This document shows positions 36,602 to 41,831 of a stretch of 41,831 nt of DNA, piece by piece. The notes beneath the pieces are model-generated. The model was not told where the DNA came from. It made no database searches and saw nothing but the letters and a program-made list of their open reading frames with translations. The number at the start of each line of letters is the position of its first letter. Positions within the stretch are counted from its first letter, which is position 1. Both the position numbers and the translations under genes were made by a program. This DNA is from a virus (Duplodnaviria > Caudoviricetes), in IMG/VR virus record IMGVR_UViG_3300027772_001925, positions 1-41,831 of that record; one strand, written 5' to 3'.

Positions 36602-36693
36602 TGGTACCCCCACCGGGACTCGAACCCAGATGAACCAATTATCTGTTGCTTACGGGATATAAATCCGCCGTTTTACCATTAAACTATAGGGGC
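36602..36693 (-). tRNA. tRNA(UAU), Ile-like, with a 22-nt variable region
   Basis: 7/5 acceptor/T arms, loop TTTATAT, A73, CCA. Confidence 0.8.
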
Positions 36694-36701
36694 GTATACT
36701 T

Positions 36702-36788
36702 TGGCGGAGAGTGTGGGAGTCGAACCCACTCGCCCCTTTCGGAACGTCGGATTAGCAATCCGATGCCTTACCATCCAGCCCACTCTCC
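36702..36788 (-). tRNA. tRNA-Ser(GCU)
   Basis: Loop TTGCTAA, long variable arm, G73. Confidence 0.93.
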
Positions 36789-36795
36789 GAGTACT

Positions 36796-36978
36796 CTATT
36801 TAGACTCAAGCAGATCTTCTAAATCCATAATTTGTCTTTTTAAGCTTTCAATTTCTACTGCTGCTTCTTCTAGTAGATCTGCAATACGATCAGACTTACC
36901 TTCTTCTACCGATTTGCGACCAGGTATTTGTCTGCGTATCTCTGCACGCTTATTAAGTCTATATACTAAAGATTCCAT
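36796..36978 (-). CDS. Conserved small phage protein (RIADLLEEAA..IE.L)
   Basis: Fills the gap between tRNAs. Confidence 0.7.
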   Translation of the reverse strand: MESLVYRLNKRAEIRRQIPGRKSVEEGKSDRIADLLEEAAVEIESLKRQIMDLEDLLESK

Positions 36979-36995
36979 ACTATTCTCTTAAATTT

Positions 36996-37070
36996 TGGTT
37001 GCCTTGGACAATTTCGAAATGTCGGCCTATCGCTTATCAAGCGATTGCTCTTCCTCTGAGCTACAAGGCA
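36996..37070 (-). tRNA. tRNA-Ile(GAU)
   Basis: Loop TTGATAA; atypical U53-U61; CCA. Confidence 0.9.
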
Positions 37071-37071
37071 G

Positions 37072-37163
37072 TGGCGGAAAGCAGAGGAGTCGAACCCCAT
37101 CCCGATTAAGAGAACCTGGTTTTCAAGGCCAGTCGCAGGACCAACCCCGCTGCATTACTTTCC
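37072..37163 (-). tRNA. tRNA-Ser(UGA) with an 8/4 fold
   Basis: 8-bp acceptor GGAAAGTA/TGCTTTCC, 4-bp T stem, loop CTTGAAA, G73. Confidence 0.88.
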
Positions 37164-37164
37164 A

Positions 37165-37635
37165 TTATGCTGTTTTTAAACTGTTAAATCTATCTGCAGC
37201 ATAAGATGCTGCAAATGCATTAGGTTTAACCATAGGTATTACATTACAAGTTCCCTTAATATAGCCTATTGCTTGTTGTACTACACAACTAGATCCGTGG
37301 GATATGTCTGGGTTAATATCTAAATGTACTTCTACTATACGATCTTCTAGTGCTTCTTTTAAACTCTGAAATAGTTCTGATACTTTATACACTTCATTCA
37401 TTAGTCTCATTGAAGGCTTACTTTGTTTTTGGTCAAAGTCAAGTTCAGTTTGTGTTTCGCCAAAAATTTTACAACCATGACGACCATCAATATGTACAAC
37501 TACTACTAGGGTATAGTCAGCATACCAACGCCCATAGCGCTTTACTCTAATAGAGTCTGCTCCGATATATATCTTTGTATCAGGGCCTTGCGATTCTATG
37601 TATGCTTTAACTTGCTGAATATTTAATTTTTTCAT
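37165..37635 (-). CDS. RNase H-like YkuK (DUF458) family protein
   Basis: IYIGADS, RLMNEV, VEVHLDIN, VKPNAFAASYAAD. Confidence 0.88.
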   Translation of the reverse strand: MKKLNIQQVKAYIESQGPDTKIYIGADSIRVKRYGRWYADYTLVVVVHIDGRHGCKIFGETQTELDFDQKQSKPSMRLMNEVYKVSELFQSLKEALEDRIVEVHLDINPDISHGSSCVVQQAIGYIKGTCNVIPMVKPNAFAASYAADRFNSLKTA

Positions 37636-37648
37636 TTTGTACTTCTAA

Positions 37649-37737
37649 AATCATAAGGTAGTATACTAACCCGCGGAAGGCGTGCTCGAGACTGCTCCGC
37701 ATATATGTATTAAGTGGCAGTATACTACCTTATGATT
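37649..37737 (-). ncRNA. Unassigned 89-nt element with a perfect 19-bp terminal stem
   Basis: aatcataaggtagtatact / agtatactaccttatgatt; internal GCGGA/TCCGC helix; adjacent hairpin 37734..37758. Confidence 0.6.
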
Positions 37738-37826
37738 GCTGGGTTAAACCCAGCAATCTGTTTACTGTACATTCTCATGTATCCATTTCCAATATTCTTC
37801 GGTTGTCATAAAATGCTTTCAAGTAA

Positions 37827-37901
37827 TGGTGGTTTTGATTAGATTCGAACTAATGACCATCTCCGTATGAAGGAGGTGCACTACCGCTGTGCTACAAAAC
37901 C
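37827..37901 (-). tRNA. tRNA-Met(CAU), elongator type
   Basis: Loop TTCATAC, G1-C72, CCA. Confidence 0.88.
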
Positions 37902-37977
37902 TGGTTGCAGAGGCAGGACTCGAACCTGCGATTCTTGGCTTATGAGACCAAGCGGATGACCGCTTCCATACTCTGCG
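37902..37977 (-). tRNA. tRNA-fMet(CAU), initiator type
   Basis: C1xA72 mismatch, loop CTCATAA, CCA. Confidence 0.85.
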
Positions 37978-37985
37978 ATATTTAG

Positions 37986-38385
37986 TGCCAGTATTCTGTT
38001 ACGAGGAACTGGCAAAACCCTAAGCAGCGTTTAGGCTGCTAATGCGTAAACTTGATCGTTTGCGTTTATTTTTGTTTTGTTGCTACGGCTGAGAATCCCC
38101 AACCCTACGGCTTTCACATTGCCGAGTTGTCCACTCTAATACTTTTTGCCCTGTCGAAACCATGGCAGGCCCATCAAAAATACACTGTAAAACTTCTCTA
38201 GCATTAAGAATAACATGTCTCAAGCCTTCGTCTTTGGTTTTATACCAAAGATCTTCCAGCTCTTTTAGATGCTTTTGTTCAAACTCTATGTATTCTTTGC
38301 TAAATTTTTTCATAATATGTTTTTGGTGGACCTGGCGGGACTCGAACCCGCGTCCAAGACACTTTTCTCTTTGCTTCATACAACC
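37986..38385 (-). ncRNA. ssrA: Circularly permuted two-piece tmRNA: acceptor piece 38385-38324, intervening sequence 38323-38173, coding piece 38172-~37986; tag ANDQVYALAA* at 38063-38031
   Basis: GGACGCGGGTTCGAGTCCCGCCAGGTCCACCA precedes GGGCCTG..TTCGAC; G3-U70; ATAAAC-GCA resume context; YALAA tag. Confidence 0.92.
38083..38313 (-). CDS. Putative 76-aa ORF starting in the tmRNA intervening sequence
   Basis: ATG 10 nt after CCA; open through the IVS; stop lies in the coding piece; no clear SD. Confidence 0.4.
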   Translation of the reverse strand: MKKFSKEYIEFEQKHLKELEDLWYKTKDEGLRHVILNAREVLQCIFDGPAMVSTGQKVLEWTTRQCESRRVGDSQP

Positions 38386-38480
38386 ATATAGAAGTACCCT
38401 AGTGTTCCTAGGTCAGGAATTCCAGTCCTCGGCTGCATGAGAACAGCCTACATACTACCCTACTCAGTACTTCTATATGG
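38384..38480 (-). ncRNA. Unassigned 97-nt element with a perfect 14-bp terminal stem between tRNA-Trp and tmRNA
   Basis: ccatatagaagtac / gtacttctatatgg; three internal hairpins. Confidence 0.6.
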
Positions 38481-38551
38481 CACCTCACCAGGGACTCGAA
38501 CCCCGACCAACGGTTTTGGAGACCGCTATGCTGCCATTACACCAGCGAGAT
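38478..38551 (-). tRNA. tRNA-Trp(CCA)
   Basis: Loop CTCCAAA, G73, CCA. Confidence 0.93.
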
Positions 38552-38556
38552 GCATT

Positions 38557-38628
38557 TTATTTTCGTTTTATAACCCGTCTTGCTGTAGCTTTAATACTAC
38601 GCTTATGGTGGGCTTTAAATTTAGCCAT
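38557..38628 (-). CDS. Basic micropeptide MAKFKAHHKRSIKATARRVIKRK (23 aa)
   Basis: Read manually; starts 2 nt after the upstream stop. Confidence 0.55.
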   Translation of the reverse strand: MAKFKAHHKRSIKATARRVIKRK

Positions 38629-38630
38629 AC

Positions 38631-38696
38631 TTACTTGCGTTTACGCAATTGTCTGCGTACAGCTGCTTGAATTTTTGTTTTTGCTCTATAAGCCAT
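38631..38696 (-). CDS. Basic micropeptide MAYRAKTKIQAAVRRQLRKRK (21 aa)
   Basis: Read manually; RBS TAAGGA. Confidence 0.6.
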   Translation of the reverse strand: MAYRAKTKIQAAVRRQLRKRK

Positions 38697-38707
38697 ATTA
38701 TATATCC

Positions 38708-38818
38708 TTAATAGCCTGGTTTCTTTTTAGGAGGCATTTTTGGTACATGAGGTCCTTCAGGTTGCATTGGCATAGCACCACCTGGTTTTTTAGGTTTACT
38801 AGGTTTCATAGGTTTCAT
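38708..38818 (-). CDS. Lys/Pro/Met-rich micropeptide (36 aa)
   Basis: MKPMKPSKPKKPGGAMPMQPEGPHVPKMPPKKKPGY; starts 2 nt after the upstream stop. Confidence 0.55.
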   Translation of the reverse strand: MKPMKPSKPKKPGGAMPMQPEGPHVPKMPPKKKPGY

Positions 38819-38820
38819 AG

Positions 38821-39291
38821 TTAATGTCTTTCCATTGCTTGTTTAATTGCCTTTTCGCAGAACTGATTGAAAGTAATATCCATATCATGAGCTGCTTTAG
38901 CGTACTGTAAAAACTCTTCATCTGTTAGATTAATGGGTACAGTTACCCTATTATCATACTCTCTACCACTAATAACTGCGTCTGCCTTTGTCAAAATATC
39001 TTCGGCTACTTCTAGTTCGCAATATTCTGCTGTAAGCATCAAGGTAGTTTTGCTATCCTGTTTATCACGGAAATCTTCTTGAGTCCAGCGATAGTACCGC
39101 TTATTGTTGTAGTCTTCAACAACAATCTCAAAAACTTCTTGCGTAACTAGATCAAATGCACAGTTCAAAAAGCACTGTTCATTTGCATAAGTTACTTCAC
39201 AAGCAAGATCACCAAAAATAGGTCTCTCTGCTATAAATTTATCATGGATTCTATATCCAATAACATTCAAAAATTCGTGTAATTTAGTCAT
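38821..39291 (-). CDS. Conserved phage hypothetical protein
   Basis: RBS aggag, own promoter; C-terminal AKAAHDMDITFNQF motif. Confidence 0.75.
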   Translation of the reverse strand: MTKLHEFLNVIGYRIHDKFIAERPIFGDLACEVTYANEQCFLNCAFDLVTQEVFEIVVEDYNNKRYYRWTQEDFRDKQDSKTTLMLTAEYCELEVAEDILTKADAVISGREYDNRVTVPINLTDEEFLQYAKAAHDMDITFNQFCEKAIKQAMERH

Positions 39292-39314
39292 ATTTACTCC
39301 TGCTTTAAAACTAT

Positions 39315-39343
39315 ATTATATCAAATAATAACTGATCGGGCAA
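39315..39343 (-). promoter_or_regulatory. Sigma70-type promoter TTGCCC-N17-TATAAT
   Basis: Consensus spacing. Confidence 0.65.
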
Positions 39344-39387
39344 ATACAAATTTCAGGCCTCTCACCTGATTGTCCTTAAGGATCCGA

Positions 39388-39550
39388 ATTTTATAACTGT
39401 TCTACTATGATTTTAAGAAGCTATATGCTTCACCTATATCTATGCAAACTTAATTTCAAGACTTTGTGTTTCGTAGACTCAGAAACTATAGGCGGGTATT
39501 ACCTCAGTAGATAGGCATTGTCCTAACTTTCACATTCACAGTTATAAAAT
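39388..39550 (-). ncRNA. Unassigned 163-nt multibranch RNA with a perfect 13-bp terminal stem
   Basis: attttataactgt / acagttataaaat; at least six internal helices. Confidence 0.6.
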
Positions 39551-39574
39551 CCCTCTATTAAAGAGGGAAGTGTT

Positions 39575-39650
39575 TGGCTCCCCAGCGTGGGATCGAACCA
39601 CGGACAACTTGATTAACAGTCAAGTGCAACTACCGCTGTGCTACTAGGGA
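39575..39650 (-). tRNA. tRNA-Asn(GUU)
   Basis: Loop CTGTTAA, G73, CCA. Confidence 0.95.
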
Positions 39651-39657
39651 ATACTAA

Positions 39658-39879
39658 TTATTTAGTATCTTTTGTGGAAAATTCTTTATCAACATAGAAC
39701 TGAATTAGTTCTCGTTGGATTTGTGTTATCAAATCGCCATGAGCATCATTAAGTACAAATCGAACAGGGCATGTACCCCACTTACGAGTTGCATTAAATT
39801 CAGCAAACCACTTACGATGTTCTTTATCGCTAGCATTAAATACTGCGTAAGGACGTCCGTGCAATTGTAGGCTGCTCAT
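39658..39879 (-). CDS. Hypothetical protein
   Basis: RBS agga; FNAS.KEHR...WGTCP.RF. Confidence 0.7.
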   Translation of the reverse strand: MSSLQLHGRPYAVFNASDKEHRKWFAEFNATRKWGTCPVRFVLNDAHGDLITQIQRELIQFYVDKEFSTKDTK

Positions 39880-39894
39880 TGTAATTTCCTAATG

Positions 39895-40050
39895 TTAAAT
39901 GTATGTGTGATTTGTTTTTACGACGAACTCGTATTTTCTTTGTAGCTGTTCTACTTCATGCACGGATTTTGGATTATGATCTTCAATAAATCTTTGCATT
40001 GGCATATCTTGTTCTAGTATTTGTTTAATAAATGATAAAAGACTCATCAT
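39895..40050 (-). CDS. Small hypothetical protein (51 aa)
   Basis: Read manually; ATGA overlap with the upstream stop. Confidence 0.55.
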   Translation of the reverse strand: MMSLLSFIKQILEQDMPMQRFIEDHNPKSVHEVEQLQRKYEFVVKTNHTYI

Positions 40051-40271
40051 TTTTTAGTAACAAATGAGTAAAACTCCTGAGCTTGATCAAGAATCTCTTT
40101 TGCAGTAGGAAATGCAAGTTTAGGCATCTTTTCAGCAGTAGCTACGCCAGCATCTACCATTTTCATGTATGCCTCCGTAGTAAACTTAAGATTAGCTACA
40201 TACTGCTTTTCTAGGTGTTCTTGAGAAAGTTTAAGTAATTCGGCACGAATTTCAAAAGGCGATTTAGTCAT
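40047..40271 (-). CDS. Conserved small phage protein (SPFEIR.ELLKL...FPT..EIL..A..FY.FV)
   Basis: Coupled to neighbours. Confidence 0.7.
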   Translation of the reverse strand: MTKSPFEIRAELLKLSQEHLEKQYVANLKFTTEAYMKMVDAGVATAEKMPKLAFPTAKEILDQAQEFYSFVTKK

Positions 40272-40494
40272 TTTTAGCTGCCTTTAACTTAGTTGGGTAC
40301 AAGAAGTCAGAAAATCCATCAACTGAGTACTTGCTCATGTCAATGGTGTTCTGAACCAACATTTTAGCAAACTGAGTTTGTGCGTCAATAAATTTATGAG
40401 CAGCTTTGTTCAGTTTAGGGTCAGTAAAAACTTGGTTTGTGATAAGTTTCTTTGTTGATTGAAAATTATCAATATAAAATTCTAGAGTAAACAT
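40264..40494 (-). CDS. Small helical hypothetical protein
   Basis: Start reassigned to ATG 40494 after a CA-rich leader and AAGGA RBS. Confidence 0.7.
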   Translation of the reverse strand: MFTLEFYIDNFQSTKKLITNQVFTDPKLNKAAHKFIDAQTQFAKMLVQNTIDMSKYSVDGFSDFLYPTKLKAAKND

Positions 40495-40526
40495 AATGTT
40501 TCCTTTGTGTGTGTTGTGTGTAAAAT

Positions 40527-40601
40527 TGGTGGACCGAGGGAGGATCGAACTCCCACCCGAGGCTTGCAAAGCCACTGTGCTCCCATTATCACTATCAGCC
40601 C
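40527..40601 (-). tRNA. tRNA-Ala(UGC)
   Basis: Loop TTTGCAA, G3-U70, CCA. Confidence 0.93.
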
Positions 40602-40653
40602 ATTTTGGCATTAAGCCACAGAAGTTTTAAAGATGCTTCTTATCATCTAAATT

Positions 40654-40732
40654 TGGTCCAAGTAGAAGGATTCGAACCTTCGATCTCCTGCTCCCAAAGC
40701 AGGCGGATTAAACCAGACTTTCCCACACTCGG
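40654..40732 (-). tRNA. tRNA-Pro(UGG)
   Basis: Loop TTTGGGA, CCA. Confidence 0.93.
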
Positions 40733-40738
40733 ATTAAG

Positions 40739-40821
40739 TGGTGCCCCAACCGAGACTCGAACTCGGATGCCTGCGCACTGGCTTCTAAGACCAGCGTGTC
40801 TACCAATTCCACCATCGGGGC
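40739..40821 (-). tRNA. tRNA-Leu(UAG)
   Basis: Loop CTTAGAA, variable arm, CCA. Confidence 0.95.
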
Positions 40822-40827
40822 AAAGTA

Positions 40828-40983
40828 CTACCAGTGTCTAATAACACCAGCAATAATAAATAAATTTGTTATTACATAGCAGAGTACTATACAAGTTCGA
40901 ATAATAGCTACTCGATCAGCTTGCTCGTCATCTCCTGCTTTTTCACCTAAGGCTTTTGCCCATAGCTTCCATATTTGTTTCAT
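40828..40983 (-). CDS. Small membrane protein (MKQIWKLWAKALGEKAG...IIAGVIRHW)
   Basis: Read manually; 51 aa; one TM. Confidence 0.7.
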   Translation of the reverse strand: MKQIWKLWAKALGEKAGDDEQADRVAIIRTCIVLCYVITNLFIIAGVIRHW

Positions 40984-40993
40984 TTTTAATAAC

Positions 40994-41083
40994 TGGTGGA
41001 GCCTGAAGGAATTGAACCTAATTGCCAGCCACCCTACATAATTAAGGCAACGGATTTACAGTCCGCCGTAGGGAACAGGCTCC
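40994..41083 (-). tRNA. tRNA-Tyr(GUA)-like RNA lacking a canonical D arm
   Basis: 8-bp acceptor, GCGGA-CTGTAAA-TCCGT arm, T-loop TTCAATT, A73, CCA; no D hairpin. Confidence 0.8.
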
Positions 41084-41094
41084 GTATATAAGAA

Positions 41095-41176
41095 TCTGAA
41101 GTATACTGCGCCCTTAATTTTAGGTTCGCAATAATTATTGCCAATGGGCTAGGTGGTACGCTTTGTATACTTCAGA
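41095..41176 (-). ncRNA. Unassigned 82-nt element with a perfect 12-bp terminal stem
   Basis: tctgaagtatac / gtatacttcaga; internal GCCC/GGGC and GCAATA/TATTGC. Confidence 0.5.
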
Positions 41177-41180
41177 AAAC

Positions 41181-41455
41181 CATATATTAGTACACTAAGA
41201 ATGCACTAATATATGATAACCATCCCTAAATGGTTTCATATAGTCTTATTACTGAGGGCGACAGCCCCACTGTATCTTAATATCCGAGTACCTTCTCTAC
41301 AGCGGTGAAGGCTCATTTTAGTGACGGAGTTTACATCCGCCTCGACTGAAGTGTGCTGCTAACCACTAGGGAGCGTGGCAACAAGCATAGCGGGACTTAT
41401 TATTCTTTTGTGAAAATGAGCGTCATAGCTATACCATCAGCTTCATATCACTAAA
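41181..41455 (-). ncRNA. Unassigned ~270-nt structured region directly downstream of a promoter
   Basis: No track ORF; GCTCATTTT/AAAATGAGC long-range helix; several GC-rich hairpins; two AU-rich hairpins at 41181..41239. Confidence 0.5.
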
Positions 41456-41461
41456 AGATAT

Positions 41462-41490
41462 ATTATATCAACAAACAACAACTTCTTCAA
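41462..41490 (-). promoter_or_regulatory. Sigma70-type promoter TTGAAG-N17-TATAAT
   Basis: Points into the ncRNA/tRNA array. Confidence 0.7.
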
Positions 41491-41794
41491 GATCAAGAAG
41501 TCGAATCTTAATATCAGGGCGTTCTTCAAATTTTTTCTGCCAGCCTAGTAGGACACTCATCATGTAGCTACTCATTCCATAAGCATTAGCGTGGCAGTAA
41601 TAAGTACTACCTGAGTATCCATCAAATTCGTAATTACCATCTTCACAACGAGTTTCTGTAATACCTGAATTAAGTTTCCAACTATCTGAGCCTGCAAAGC
41701 CACCGTACCAACCTGCAAATACTTTAAGTACAGGCTCTTGCTTATCACTAGACATTTCTAGTACTACCCAACGATCTGGTGTATAATCACTCAT
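41468..41794 (-). CDS. Conserved phage hypothetical protein (YTPDRWVV...GWYGG...DSWKLNSGI...GYSGS.Y.C)
   Basis: RBS aggag; intact ORF. Confidence 0.75.
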   Translation of the reverse strand: MSDYTPDRWVVLEMSSDKQEPVLKVFAGWYGGFAGSDSWKLNSGITETRCEDGNYEFDGYSGSTYYCHANAYGMSSYMMSVLLGWQKKFEERPDIKIRLLDLEEVVVC

Positions 41795-41831
41795 TTCAGG
41801 GACTCCTTGTACTTTTTAATAGCTTCTGCAT

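Noticed and set aside
37649-37737. Retron msr-msd or MITE interpretation of the inverted repeats
   Set aside because: No reverse transcriptase or transposase in the window; terminal repeats differ between elements; no target-site duplications seen
37762-37809. 15-aa micro-ORF MTTEEYWKWIHENVQ (and a ~46-aa ORF near 35024..35164)
   Set aside because: Plausible but too short and featureless to support without conservation data
41240-41455. RNase P RNA, SRP RNA or group I intron
   Set aside because: Signature motifs such as GAGGAAAGUCC or the SRP GGAA/AGCAG loop are absent

Overview
A 41.8-kb segment of an AT-rich, lytic T5-like (Demerecviridae-like) phage. The Gram-negative host is possibly betaproteobacterial, inferred from the tmRNA tag ANDQVYALAA, the spanins and the accessory genes. 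(1) 1-10.9 kb, + strand: late/lysis and envelope region with a GT2-TPR glycosyltransferase, two i/o-spanin pairs (first o-spanin truncated) flanking two orphan genes, a GH19 endolysin, a secreted Asn-repeat protein, a secreted Pro/Gln-rich protein, many small membrane proteins and PhoH. (2) 10.9-33.3 kb, - strand: T5-type replication block (class II RNR, dUTPase, D15, D14, D13/D12, D11, D10, PolA, primase, helicase, D5, split NAD ligase, PC4-like, D2/D3-like) plus auxiliary genes (BPL_N-like, 2OG-Fe(II) oxygenase, rubrerythrin, rubredoxin). (3) 32.3-41.5 kb, - strand: RNA-gene island with 25 tRNA or tRNA-like genes covering every amino acid except Glu, a circularly permuted two-piece tmRNA whose intervening sequence carries an ORF, a ROSE-like thermometer upstream of hsp20, basic micropeptides, and at least 7 unassigned structured elements, most closed by long terminal stems. 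The most unusual signals are a D-armless tRNA-Tyr with a potential pseudoknot, a tRNA(UAU) with a second GAU anticodon-like loop, the closed-stem RNA set, the permuted tmRNA together with ORFs whose stop codons lie inside downstream RNA genes, and the secreted Asn-repeat module. All calls come from reading the sequence and recalled family motifs; no searches or folding programs were run.
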